A stretch of 64,000 nucleotides of DNA from Candidatus Magasanikbacteria bacterium RIFCSPHIGHO2_01_FULL_41_23 (GCA_001782805.1 MFPT01000021.1:10546-74545); one strand, 5' to 3'; shown: positions 9,404 through 19,047, numbered from the stretch's first letter. Notes: a model not told the origin generated them from the letters alone. A program made the numbers and translations.

Positions 9404-10093
9404 ATGTCTGACGAAAAAATGAGAAAAAAAACCAAAAAACGGCCTTCATCACAGGCTCATTTGCCCATCGCGGAAATCAAAGACAGCGTGGTGATTTTAA
9501 AAGACGGCACATTGCGCGCGGTTATTTTGGTTTCCAGTTTGAATTTTGCTCTAAAATCCGAAGATGAACAAAATGCGATTATTTCCGCGTACGTTGGTTT
9601 TCTTAATTCACTGGATTTTCCAATTCAAATTGTAGTCCAATCGCGCAAATTGCAAATCAAACCCTATTTGGAAAAATTGCAGGGGATTGAACGGACACAA
9701 ACCAATGAATTGTTGCGCATCCAAACCGCGGATTATCGCGCGTTTGTGGAAGAGTTGGTGGAGATCGGGCAGATTATGACCAAACGTTATTATGTCATTG
9801 TGCCCTATGATCCGCTGAATAATCGGCGCAAGAATTTTTGGGCACGATTTAAAGAAGCGCTTAAACCGGGAATTACCATTCGTTTGCGTGAAGAGCGATT
9901 TCAGACACGCAAAAGTGAAATTGATTTGCGTTTGCGTCACATTATTGGCGGACTGTCCGGCATGGGACTCACCACAGTTCAGCTGGATACGCAATCTTTG
10001 ATTGAATTATATTATTCCACTTACAATCCGGATATCGCTTTTGCCGAAACATTGGGCACGATTGGCGATCTCCAAATTGAAGATATTTCATAA
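9404..10093 (+). CDS. VirB4 N-terminal-like (TraC-like) T4SS component
   Basis: VSSLNFALKSEDEQNAII..YVGFLNSLDFPIQIVVQSR motif; lies between PrgI and the ATPase. Confidence 0.7.
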   Translation: MSDEKMRKKTKKRPSSQAHLPIAEIKDSVVILKDGTLRAVILVSSLNFALKSEDEQNAIISAYVGFLNSLDFPIQIVVQSRKLQIKPYLEKLQGIERTQTNELLRIQTADYRAFVEELVEIGQIMTKRYYVIVPYDPLNNRRKNFWARFKEALKPGITIRLREERFQTRKSEIDLRLRHIIGGLSGMGLTTVQLDTQSLIELYYSTYNPDIAFAETLGTIGDLQIEDIS

Positions 10094-10095
10094 GT

Positions 10096-11955
10096 ATGCC
10101 ATTTAAACCCATTGCCACCAATAAAAAAGGAATCAGTTCGGCAGCGCCGGACATTGAGAAAAAAAAACTGCAAAAAGAATTGATTACTTTGGAAGAAGAA
10201 CGGGTGTATCGCGAAGGCACGGTGGCCATTCGCGATTTGGTCGCGCCGTCCGCACTATCGGTTCAGTCCAATTTTGTGCAATTGGGCACGACTTTTTTGC
10301 GTACGATTTTTGTGATTACGTATCCGCGTTATATGTCAGTCGGCTGGAGTTCGCCGATTTTAAATTTAAATTTGACCATGGATTTGGCTATGTTTTTTTA
10401 TCCGGTCAATTCGGAAATTATTTTAAAACAGCTCAAGAAAAAAGTTGGCGCGCTGGAAGCGCAATTGTCCGGTGACGCGGAAAAAGGCGCGGCGCGTGAT
10501 CCGTTGCGCGAAACTGCTTTGCGCGATATTGAACAACTGCGCGATGATTTAACGCAAGGCGTGGAACATTTTTTTCAATTTGCTTTTTACGTTACGCTTT
10601 ACAGCCAAGACAAAAAAGAATTGGATAAAGTTACGGAAGACATTCAGAATATTTTTGGTTCCAAATTAATTTACAGCAAAAATGTTTTGTATCAGGCCGA
10701 ACAAGGTTTTACTTCAACGTTGCCGCTGGGGATTGATGAGTTGACGATTTCTTTTAACATGAATTCCTCGCCGATCGCGGCCTCGTTTCCGTTTATTTCC
10801 TCGGAATTAAGCAGTGATGATGGAATTTTGTATGGCATCAATCGCCATAATAACAGTTTAATTTTGTTTGATCGTTTTTCTTTGCAAAATGCCAATATGG
10901 TGGTTTTTGCCACTTCCGGAGCGGGAAAATCTTATGCTATTAAATTGGAAGTTTTGCGTAGTTTAATGATGGGAACTGACGTGATTGTGATTGATCCGGA
11001 AATGGAATATGAGCATTTGGCCGAGGCGGTTGGCGGAACTTATATCAGTATTTCTTTGGCTTCGGAAAGCAAAGTCAATCCGTTTGATTTGCCGCGTCCG
11101 GTTGGTCAGCAAATTTCCACCGAAGATATTATTCGCAGCGCAGTAATTACGATGAAAGGTTTGTTGCGGATTATGTTTGGCACACTGACGCCGCAGGAAG
11201 ATTCAATTTTGGATCGCGCGCTTTTGGAAACGTACGCGAAAAAAGACATTACAGCTACAGTTGATCTGACCACAGTCGAGCCGCCGATTATGCAGGATTT
11301 GCTGGATATTTTGGAAGGCATGACGGGCGCGGAAGTATTGGTTTTAAAATTGCGCAAATATACCGAAGGCACGTTTGCCGGATTATTCAATTCTCCGACC
11401 AATGTGAATGTGACCAATCAATTGGTTATTTTTAGCGTGCGTGATTTGGAAGATGAATTGCGGCCAATGGCGATTTATACGTTGGTGAATTATATTTGGA
11501 ATTTAGTTCGTTCCGAACAAAAACGGAGAATTTTGATTATTGATGAAGCGTGGTGGCTTATGAGTCACGAGGATTCGGCCAAATTCATTTACGCGCTCGT
11601 GAAGCGTTGTCGCAAATATTATTTGGGTGTGACGACCATTACCCAGGATGTGAATGATTTTTTACGTTCGCCATACGGACAGGCGATTGTAACCAATTCG
11701 GCTTTGCAACTTTTGCTCCGTCAATCACCCGCGGCCGTGGATATGATTCAACGCGTGTTTATGTTGACCGAAGGAGAAAAATATTTGCTTTTGGAAGGCG
11801 CGGTCGGTGAAGGCATATTTTTTGCCGGCAATAAACACGCGGCCATCAAAGTCGTGGCGTCTTATACCGAAGATCAACTCATCACGTCTGATCCCAAACA
11901 ATTATTGGAAATTGAAAAAGCCAAAAAAGAATTTGAAGAACAAATGGGAAAATAA
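10096..11955 (+). CDS. virB4: VirB4-like (TraC/ConE-type) secretion ATPase
   Basis: Walker A ATSGAGKS, VIDPEMEY, Walker B IIDEAW, RKY, ITQ motifs. Confidence 0.9.
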   Translation: MPFKPIATNKKGISSAAPDIEKKKLQKELITLEEERVYREGTVAIRDLVAPSALSVQSNFVQLGTTFLRTIFVITYPRYMSVGWSSPILNLNLTMDLAMFFYPVNSEIILKQLKKKVGALEAQLSGDAEKGAARDPLRETALRDIEQLRDDLTQGVEHFFQFAFYVTLYSQDKKELDKVTEDIQNIFGSKLIYSKNVLYQAEQGFTSTLPLGIDELTISFNMNSSPIAASFPFISSELSSDDGILYGINRHNNSLILFDRFSLQNANMVVFATSGAGKSYAIKLEVLRSLMMGTDVIVIDPEMEYEHLAEAVGGTYISISLASESKVNPFDLPRPVGQQISTEDIIRSAVITMKGLLRIMFGTLTPQEDSILDRALLETYAKKDITATVDLTTVEPPIMQDLLDILEGMTGAEVLVLKLRKYTEGTFAGLFNSPTNVNVTNQLVIFSVRDLEDELRPMAIYTLVNYIWNLVRSEQKRRILIIDEAWWLMSHEDSAKFIYALVKRCRKYYLGVTTITQDVNDFLRSPYGQAIVTNSALQLLLRQSPAAVDMIQRVFMLTEGEKYLLLEGAVGEGIFFAGNKHAAIKVVASYTEDQLITSDPKQLLEIEKAKKEFEEQMGK

Positions 11956-11956
11956 T

Positions 11957-12155
11957 CCAATGCAACACCAAAACATCCACTATACCAATAAGCAAAATGG
12001 AGACGAATATACTTTTGCTGAAAGCTGAGTATATTGACTTGTTGAGAATGCATAATCCGTCAGACTATCAGTTGAACAAAAGGATATCGTTGAATTTTGC
12101 TTAAGACTTAGAATAAATAAAGTTTGATTAAGACTTAGAAAATGGAGTTTGATTA
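11957..12155. repeat. Dispersed ~200-bp intergenic repeat, copy A
   Basis: Core 12020-12113 matches 35787-35880 with 5 mismatches in 94 bp; flanks CCAATGCAACACC..TAAGCAAA and AATGGAGTTTG also shared. Confidence 0.9.
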
Positions 12156-12185
12156 CGAGGGAATAAGATGCTATACTAAATACAT

Positions 12186-12788
12186 ATGATGACTCTCCGC
12201 AAACGCATTTTTATCATTAACATTATCGTTACGGCCATAATTTTGGCAATTTTTTTGTATTTGGTATATGGTCGCGAATCTGACACTAGTATAATAACTT
12301 CTGACAGCGAATCCGAAACATCGCCTACAGCGCCAAAAACCATTACCAATCAAGATAAAACCAACATAACAAAACCAGCCATCGCCAAACCGATTTTAGC
12401 TTTGCCGGCGTATTCCGAAGAATTATACGTCCGTCAACTAGCCAAAATTTTTGTGGAACGTTTTGCCAGTTATTCCACGCAAAATGATAATAATAATATC
12501 ACTGATTCACTTGATTTGGCGACAGTTAGTATGCAAACTTGGATGAAAACACAGCTAAAGCCGGGAAGTCGAGATTATGAAGGCGTGGTAACTCAAGTTC
12601 TGGCTTCTTCGGTTAAAGAAAAAACCGCTTCCAGCGCCACTGTTGACTTGCAAATTCAACAAAATTTTGAACAAAAAACCGCCACAGCCGTTGGCGCTAC
12701 GCAAAAAGAAATGCGTCAAAAAAAAGGAACGGTTAAATTGCTTAAAATTGGCGATCAATGGAAAATTGATGGTCTGTATTGGGAATAA
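12186..12788 (+). CDS. Single-pass membrane protein with C-terminal NTF2-like (VirB8/TcpC-like) domain
   Basis: N-terminal TM, FVERFASYS motif, C-terminal WKID; follows VirB4. Confidence 0.6.
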   Translation: MMTLRKRIFIINIIVTAIILAIFLYLVYGRESDTSIITSDSESETSPTAPKTITNQDKTNITKPAIAKPILALPAYSEELYVRQLAKIFVERFASYSTQNDNNNITDSLDLATVSMQTWMKTQLKPGSRDYEGVVTQVLASSVKEKTASSATVDLQIQQNFEQKTATAVGATQKEMRQKKGTVKLLKIGDQWKIDGLYWE

Positions 12789-12804
12789 TAGTATGAAGGA
12801 GGGG

Positions 12805-13467
12805 ATGAAAAAACTAACTGATTTTTTACTGGATTGCGTATTTCCTTATTTTTGTTTACAATGCGGCGCATCTGATGTTTATTTTTGCTTTCTTTGTCGA
12901 CAAGCCGATTGGTTTAAAAATCCGACGGGAATTTTTGTGCATGGCAACGAGATTGATTCTTCCTTAACTCGAATCATCAGTTTGACTAAATATAATTCGG
13001 AAGTTGACGCGGCACGACTGATTGAGGATTTTAAATATGGTTTTATAAATCAGGCCAGTACGGAAATTAACGTCTGGCTAAAAAATACCGCGTGGTTAAA
13101 TAAAGAAATCGCAGATTGTGATTTAATAATTCCCGTGCCACTGCATCGCCGTCGTTTTGCCGAACGAGGATTTAATCAAGCGGAAATTATTGCCGGTTTT
13201 ATGAGTACGATTATACATCGTCCGATTGATTTTTTGTCTTTAATTCGTGCTAAATCAACCAAACAACAAGCCAAACTGGGTCGCGAAAAACGACTGAAGA
13301 ATGTGATTGACGCCTTTGTCTGCAAAAATAAAGAAAAAATTGTCGGCCAAAATATTTTGTTGGTTGACGATGTGTACACCACCGGCGCTACATTGGAGGA
13401 ATGCGCTAAAGTTTTATTGGCGACGGGCGCGAAAAATGTTTCCAGTTTTACTTTGGCTCACGGCTAA
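12805..13467 (+). CDS. comF: ComF family competence protein (zinc ribbon + phosphoribosyltransferase)
   Basis: CxxC..CxxC, PVPLH..R..ERGFNQ, LLVDDVYTTGAT; start placed at ATG after SD AAGGAGGGG. Confidence 0.92.
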   Translation: MKKLTDFLLDCVFPYFCLQCGASDVYFCFLCRQADWFKNPTGIFVHGNEIDSSLTRIISLTKYNSEVDAARLIEDFKYGFINQASTEINVWLKNTAWLNKEIADCDLIIPVPLHRRRFAERGFNQAEIIAGFMSTIIHRPIDFLSLIRAKSTKQQAKLGREKRLKNVIDAFVCKNKEKIVGQNILLVDDVYTTGATLEECAKVLLATGAKNVSSFTLAHG

Positions 13468-13485
13468 TAATTCCAGAAATAATAT

Positions 13486-14244
13486 TTAATTATATTGTGC
13501 CTCAACACTGCAATGTTTGCCATTGCCGATTATCACATGATCGATCAAATGAATTCCCATTATTTTGCCGGCGGCAATCAGTTGTTCGGTTATTTCTATA
13601 TCAGCCGCGCTGGGAGTAACAATTCCCGATGGATGATTGTGTACCAAAATTACAGCCGCGGCTCCGTATTCCACGGCTGGTTTAAATACTTCGCGCGGAT
13701 GGATCAAATTGGCATTGATTGTGCCAATCGATAAAACTTCATCATGAATTACGCGATAATGAGAATTTAAATAAATGCCGCGCAGATGTTCTTTGGGCAA
13801 GCGTTCCATATCGCGCGCATAATTAAATACATCTTTGGCTGTGCGCACCATTGTCAATCCGCTTTTATTTTTTTGGAAAAAGCGTCGACCAAGTTCACCA
13901 CATGCTACGATCTGCGCGGCTTTGTGAATGGGAATTTCCAAGTCTGTTGCCAGCGTGGCCGGATTGGTTTGGGCGGACAATGCTCGCTCGCCATATTCCT
14001 TGACTACGCGCGCTGACATCGCCAATACATCTTCTTTTGTAGAGCCGGTGTTAATAATTACTGCCAAAAGTTCTTGTACGGTCAAATTGCTTGGACCATA
14101 TTTGAGCAATTTTTCGCGCGGTTTGTCTTCGCTGGGCATGTCTTTGATGCGCAAAAAATACGTACGACCACTGGACAAAGCATCGGCTTCCAGCAAAATC
14201 AAACCGGTTTCGGGAATTGTATACGTATTCGTTTGAATATTCAT
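13486..14244 (-). CDS. radC: RadC family JAB-domain protein
   Basis: PREKLL..G, HPREVF, HNHPSG..PS..D, DHVIIG motifs. Confidence 0.95.
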   Translation of the reverse strand: MNIQTNTYTIPETGLILLEADALSSGRTYFLRIKDMPSEDKPREKLLKYGPSNLTVQELLAVIINTGSTKEDVLAMSARVVKEYGERALSAQTNPATLATDLEIPIHKAAQIVACGELGRRFFQKNKSGLTMVRTAKDVFNYARDMERLPKEHLRGIYLNSHYRVIHDEVLSIGTINANLIHPREVFKPAVEYGAAAVILVHNHPSGIVTPSAADIEITEQLIAAGKIMGIHLIDHVIIGNGKHCSVEAQYN

Positions 14245-14312
14245 AAGGAAAAATTAAACATTACCAATGTAATCCTCAGTATCATATCACGAAAAAAAAT
14301 CTCCAGCAATGT

Positions 14313-14337
14313 GGTTTACCCTGAGCTTGTCGAAGGG
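14313..14337. repeat. Short palindromic (REP-like) element GTTTACCCTGAGCTTGTCGAAGGG
   Basis: Same element at 35718-35741 and variants elsewhere in the window. Confidence 0.8.
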
Positions 14338-14416
14338 AATTGTCCACATTTTTGGGGATAAATATCATTTTTCCATTATTGACAAGAGTGATTTTTAATT
14401 ATAAAATAAAAATACT

Positions 14417-14722
14417 ATGAAACAAATTTGGGATAAATTAAAAGAACATGACAAGCGATTTGACCAGATTGATGGTCAAATTGATTTTTTGGCCATTAAA
14501 GTGTTGGAACATGACGATAGGTTGCAAAGAATTGAAGAAAATATGGCAACCAAAGCCGATTTGCGGACAATTTCCGATACTCTTGATAAATTAGTCGGAT
14601 TAGCCCTCAAAAAAGATCAGGAAGTAACTTTTTTGACCCATAGTGTAAAAGGGTTATGGAATAAATTTGAAGAGTATGATCTAGATATAAAGCAAATGAA
14701 ATTATTGTTAGAATTAGGTTAA
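14417..14722 (+). CDS. Small coiled-coil hypothetical protein
   Basis: Heptad-like repeats EHDKRFDQID/EHDDRLQRIE, MATKADL; TTGACA promoter upstream. Confidence 0.75.
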   Translation: MKQIWDKLKEHDKRFDQIDGQIDFLAIKVLEHDDRLQRIEENMATKADLRTISDTLDKLVGLALKKDQEVTFLTHSVKGLWNKFEEYDLDIKQMKLLLELG

Positions 14723-14783
14723 GAGAAATAAAAAAATAATAGGTTAAATAAATTAACACCTTGGATGGTGTTAATTTTATGGC

Positions 14784-14873
14784 TGGCGGAGAGGGAGGGA
14801 TTCGAACCCTCGAGGGATTTGACTCCCTGCAGCTTTAGCAAAGCTGTACGATCGGCCACTCTGACACCTCTCC
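14784..14873 (-). tRNA. tRNA-Ser(GCT)
   Basis: GGAGAGG acceptor, CAGCT-TT-GCT-AA-AGCTG anticodon arm, long variable arm, TTCGAAT T-loop, G73-CCA. Confidence 0.95.
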
Positions 14874-14930
14874 ATTTTTTATTTTTTTTGCTTGCTCTGA
14901 GCGATCCCGACATAGTCGGGAGAGTCGAAG

Positions 14931-15019
14931 GGCGGAGAGATAGAGATTCGAACTCTAGAGGCTCTTGCGAGCCCGGCAGTTTAGTAAACTGCTGCCTTAA
15001 ACCACTCGGCCATCTCTCC
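14931..15019 (-). tRNA. tRNA-Ser with anticodon ACT (A34)
   Basis: GGAGAGA acceptor, GCAGT-TT-ACT-AA-ACTGC anticodon arm, long variable arm, G73; fully paired cloverleaf. Confidence 0.9.
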
Positions 15020-15042
15020 ATAAATTCTGATATTGTGGGCTT

Positions 15043-15096
15043 GCCCTGAGCGAGCGACTTGTGGTGAGCGGAGTCGAAACCAAGCGAGTCGAAGGG
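15043..15096. repeat. Nested REP-like palindromic elements between tRNA genes
   Basis: CCCTGAGC..GGTGAGCGGAGTCGAAACC..GTCGAAGGG; similar element at 14895-14932. Confidence 0.7.
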
Positions 15097-15183
15097 CGGA
15101 GAGAGTGAGATTCGAACTCACGGAGGACTTGCATCCTCAACAGTTTTCAAGACTGTCGCCTTAAACCACTCAGCCATCTCTCC
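15095..15183 (-). tRNA. tRNA-Ser(TGA)
   Basis: ACAGT-CT-TGA-AA-ACTGT anticodon arm, long variable arm, TTCGAAT, G73. Confidence 0.95.
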
Positions 15184-15282
15184 AGAACTTTATCCTATAA
15201 ACAGAAAAACTATAGCAAAATTAAGTATTTTTCGCAAGTGTATTGTGCCGTGATTTTTGCCATGATATACTCAAGTTGAACT

Positions 15283-15735
15283 ATGGCTCAACACATAAAA
15301 AAAAGTTATTTGCTTCCATTAGTTAAAAATTTTGTTGAACCTGATTATAGCTTGGCTCAAACCTGGCCATTTGGTGATGAACATTGGAGCACGGCGGAAA
15401 CCGAAGGTAAATTGGCAGTTGACGTAATTGAAACCGAAACATCCATCATTGTAATTACCACTATTGCCGGAGCCCGCTTGGAAGCAATCGAAGTTTTTGC
15501 CCACAATGATATAATTACTATTCGTGGTCGTCGTGATGCTCCTATTGCAGTCGAAGACGGAGTTGAATTTATTCATACTGAATGTTTTTGGGGACCGTTT
15601 TCCCGAACCATTGTTTTGCCCGCGGAAATTAAAGCCGAACAAGCGCGCGCTGAATATAAAAATGGCGTGTTGACAATTCGCATTCCCAAGCGTAAAGTTG
15701 ATACCAAGATTTCCGTAAAAATTATTGAGGAATAA
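15283..15735 (+). CDS. Hsp20/alpha-crystallin small heat shock protein
   Basis: LAVDVIET, ECFWGPFSRTIVLP, AEYKNGVLTIRIPK motifs. Confidence 0.95.
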   Translation: MAQHIKKSYLLPLVKNFVEPDYSLAQTWPFGDEHWSTAETEGKLAVDVIETETSIIVITTIAGARLEAIEVFAHNDIITIRGRRDAPIAVEDGVEFIHTECFWGPFSRTIVLPAEIKAEQARAEYKNGVLTIRIPKRKVDTKISVKIIEE

Positions 15736-15769
15736 AGTGGGAGTTTTATGTGGCGAGAGTATAAAAATT

Positions 15770-17701
15770 ATGCGTGGATTTAGAATAATCTTGATAACAT
15801 CCACTTTTTTATTATTGGCCGGTCTGGGAACAGTGGCTAGTTTTGCTTTTTTTTATCAAGATAGAATTTTGCCTTCTCTCTCCATTGGATCGGTTGATGT
15901 CGGTGGTAAAACAGAATCGGAAGTGCGTCGCATTATTCAAGAACATTATAATAAAACGATTAAATCCGGAATTAATGTTTTGTATGACAAAGGTCAAGGC
16001 AATGAGGAAATAGTGGTTGTCGTACCAGTGCAGTTTGATCTTGACGCGGCCGCGCGCGCTGTGATGCGTTATGGAAAAGAGGGGAATTATTTAAATCGCG
16101 GTTTTCAGGTTATTTTAAGTTATTTCGGTCAAGCCAGCATCGTCTTGCCCGGCTTGTCAGTCACACAGACTGATATTGAGTCAGCCATTCGGACAAAACT
16201 CTCACCATTTGAACAACTCGCGCGCAATGCTGAATTGAAGATTACCAATCTTGATCCTTTAAAATATACTATTTCAGCCTCAAATCCCGGAGTGGTTTTT
16301 AATTATAATGAAATTGGTGCCGGAGTTTTGCGCAATTGGAAACAATTATTGCCGGCTCGTGTTCAACTTTCATCTCAAATTGATTATCCAAATCTGACAG
16401 AAATTGAAATCGCGAGTGTGGCTTCAAATATGGCGGTAATTTTTTCCACGCCAATCAACTTAACTTATTATGACGCGCACACGAAACGTTCATATCAATG
16501 GTCAATAAAGCGTCAGCAAATTGTCGATTGGATTAATCCTATCAAGAATGAAAATAATTTGATTCAATTGACTTTGGCAACTGATCCGTTGACAGCGTTT
16601 ATTTCGAGTACGATTAAAGCGGTCGTGGATGTGCCAGCTCTTGACGCGGTTTTCAAACTAAATACTTCCACCACAAAAGTCATTCAATTTGTCGGTGCTC
16701 GTCCAGGTGTCACTGTCGATGTTCCCGCTACACAGCGTGGCGTGGCCTTGCTTTTTAATAAACGTCAAAACGGAGAAACAGTCACTTCCACTCCGCTCAT
16801 AATTTCCAAAGTCGAGCCAAAAATAAAAACCGAAGACACAAATAATTTGGGAATTAAAGAAATTTTAGGCGTTGGTTTTTCCAATTTTTCCGGCAGTCCG
16901 AAGAATCGAATTTTAAATATCAAAAACGCGGTCATGAATAAATTGAATGGCACATTGGTTGCGCCCGACACTGAATTTTCATTGGTCAAGACATTAAGTC
17001 CATTTACGTTAGAAGCCGGATATTTACCTGAATTGGTTATTAAAGGCGATCGCATAACTCCGGAAATCGCTGGCGGACTGTGTCAAGTTGGCACGACGAT
17101 GTTTAGGAGTACGATGAATTCCGGTTTACCCGTTACTGCACGGACGAATCATGGTTTGGTGGTTTCTTACTATAATGATCCGGCCAATGGAAATCCGGGA
17201 ACAGACGCCACGATTTATGATCCATCGCCTGATTTTCGTTTCAAAAATGATACTGGCCGCCATCTTTTGATTACCACTGACATGAAAACTAAAACCGGTG
17301 AACTGACATTTACGATTTGGGGGACAAATGATGGTCGGAAAGGCTATTATACGCCGCCAAAAGTTTTGTCTCGGATTCCGGCGCCTGAGTTTCAAACTAT
17401 TGAAACCGATGATTTGCCTCCGGGTAAAAAAGAATGTCAAAGCGTTCATCCCGGAGCAGTTGCTACGTTTAATTATATTCGTGAATTGGCCAGTGGTGAA
17501 CGTGAAGTTCGTGAATTTAAAAGCGTGTATCGCGCTGTTTCGGCTCGCTGTTTTGTAGGGAAAGATCCCAATAAACCAACTTGTCCTGAAGGCGAACCAA
17601 ATTGCGCACCTCCCCCGACAATCGGGGAACAAACTTCGCCAACGGTTGACACTGAAAAACCACTGGCCGATGTTTCTCCTCCAATCCCAATTGCTGAATA
17701 A
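15770..17701 (+). CDS. VanW family protein with PG-binding-4-like stalk
   Basis: N-terminal TM, RILNI..LNGTLVAP..EFS, GGLCQVGTT, H..VSYY, GTDATIY, DFRFKN motifs. Confidence 0.9.
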   Translation: MRGFRIILITSTFLLLAGLGTVASFAFFYQDRILPSLSIGSVDVGGKTESEVRRIIQEHYNKTIKSGINVLYDKGQGNEEIVVVVPVQFDLDAAARAVMRYGKEGNYLNRGFQVILSYFGQASIVLPGLSVTQTDIESAIRTKLSPFEQLARNAELKITNLDPLKYTISASNPGVVFNYNEIGAGVLRNWKQLLPARVQLSSQIDYPNLTEIEIASVASNMAVIFSTPINLTYYDAHTKRSYQWSIKRQQIVDWINPIKNENNLIQLTLATDPLTAFISSTIKAVVDVPALDAVFKLNTSTTKVIQFVGARPGVTVDVPATQRGVALLFNKRQNGETVTSTPLIISKVEPKIKTEDTNNLGIKEILGVGFSNFSGSPKNRILNIKNAVMNKLNGTLVAPDTEFSLVKTLSPFTLEAGYLPELVIKGDRITPEIAGGLCQVGTTMFRSTMNSGLPVTARTNHGLVVSYYNDPANGNPGTDATIYDPSPDFRFKNDTGRHLLITTDMKTKTGELTFTIWGTNDGRKGYYTPPKVLSRIPAPEFQTIETDDLPPGKKECQSVHPGAVATFNYIRELASGEREVREFKSVYRAVSARCFVGKDPNKPTCPEGEPNCAPPPTIGEQTSPTVDTEKPLADVSPPIPIAE

Positions 17702-17733
17702 ATTTTTCTTCTTAACTTAAAAAATTTAGGTAT

Positions 17734-19047
17734 ATGTTAAAACTTTTAAGCAAGATGGTTTTATTTGTATTTATAGTCTTACTATTTTCTCTATCTTTTA
17801 CATCTTTCACACTTGCTATTTCGGTTTCAGAGTCTAATATCGACACTACGTACATGGTGGAGGATATGGTCGTGGATAGTTCGGGCAATATTCATACTGT
17901 TGTTATCCAATCAGTCAGCCAAACGGCGAATAATTTAGTATACAAAAAATATAATGGATCAAGTTGGAGTGCGACAACTGTTAGTAGCACGGTGAATATA
18001 TCTTACTATGCCAGTATAAAACTGGATTCCAGTGGTAATCCGGGGATTGCTTTTGCTGAATGGAATAGTGGTGTTGGAACACGAGCACTTTATTATAAGA
18101 AATATAATGGCAGTACTTGGGGAACAACAGTTGAAGTCGAAACAGGAATGGACAATGCTTCCGGAAGACCGGCATTGGAATTTTACAAAGAAGACGTGGA
18201 TGCAAACTATCCCACGATTTTCACTTGTCACGGATCTACGTATATTGTAGAAGAACATAAAGCGACTGGCAGCGGAACAGAACCAACTTTTGCCGCTCCC
18301 GCGAGTGTTTCCAATAACAATGACCATGATTGTTCGTCAATTGATGCGCATATTTCCGCGACAGATTATAGAGAAATTGTTATATCCCCAAAAGGTAGTC
18401 CCGGCACGACTGCATACGCTTTAAGTAATGATGGAAGTGGCTGGAATGCTAGCACTCTTTTTACCAGTGTTGATGTTATAAATGGCAGTGTGATTTTTTT
18501 GGATTATGATGGCAGTGAATATCATGCGGTAATAATAGATGATGCTTCGGCCAGCACTACGGATAATATTCTATATAGTAAAATGTCAGGCGGAAGCTGG
18601 TCGGCACAAGAAACAGTCGTTTCCGGAGCGCGACTTGGTCAAAATTATGTTGATATAGTTGCTGATACGGACAATTCTATTCCGTATGTTCTTTATTTTG
18701 ACAATGCCAACAATCTGCTTAAATATTCCTACAAACAAAATGGAAGCTGGACAGCCGGTACAATTGACAGTGGATTTAGCTTGGGGACAATGCAAGGAGA
18801 TTATAATAATTTTGTCGCCGGAGATTATTATTCCGGAGGATCAAAATTGATTGTTTTGGGTACACAATATTTGTCTGGTCCACCCAAATCATTTGAATTC
18901 AATAAATACGATTTAACCGGTCTCCCCACTCAAAGTCAAGAGGGTTCGGGAGTGCCGGAATTTAGCACCTATATGTATACTCTAATTCTTATTATGGGAT
19001 TTGGTTTTTTATACAGACGTTTTGGAGGAGAATTTTCTTTAAGATAA
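17734..19047 (+). CDS. Secreted beta-propeller/BNR-like surface protein with C-terminal VPEF-TM-RR sorting signal
   Basis: Signal peptide, repeats YKKYNGSSW/YKKYNGSTW, C-terminus GSGVPEFSTYMYTLILIMGFGFLYRRF. Confidence 0.8.
   Translation: MLKLLSKMVLFVFIVLLFSLSFTSFTLAISVSESNIDTTYMVEDMVVDSSGNIHTVVIQSVSQTANNLVYKKYNGSSWSATTVSSTVNISYYASIKLDSSGNPGIAFAEWNSGVGTRALYYKKYNGSTWGTTVEVETGMDNASGRPALEFYKEDVDANYPTIFTCHGSTYIVEEHKATGSGTEPTFAAPASVSNNNDHDCSSIDAHISATDYREIVISPKGSPGTTAYALSNDGSGWNASTLFTSVDVINGSVIFLDYDGSEYHAVIIDDASASTTDNILYSKMSGGSWSAQETVVSGARLGQNYVDIVADTDNSIPYVLYFDNANNLLKYSYKQNGSWTAGTIDSGFSLGTMQGDYNNFVAGDYYSGGSKLIVLGTQYLSGPPKSFEFNKYDLTGLPTQSQEGSGVPEFSTYMYTLILIMGFGFLYRRFGGEFSLR

Noticed and set aside
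12055-12095. Resemblance of AGACTAT..GATATCGT to group I intron P7 elements
   Set aside because: P7 pairing is imperfect, no other core helices are seen and there is no host gene.
11997-12104. 35-aa ORF (METNILLLKAEY...) inside the dispersed repeat
   Set aside because: Four of five differences from copy B are non-synonymous and copy B lacks the start; no sign of coding selection.
12643-12804. N-terminal extension of ComF (likewise extensions of pth, radA, der, higA, VanW)
   Set aside because: Most extensions overlap upstream genes or repeats; downstream ATGs fit family starts and SD motifs better.
14719-15049. ORFs of 100 and 94 aa over the Ser cluster
   Set aside because: They are translations of tRNA genes.
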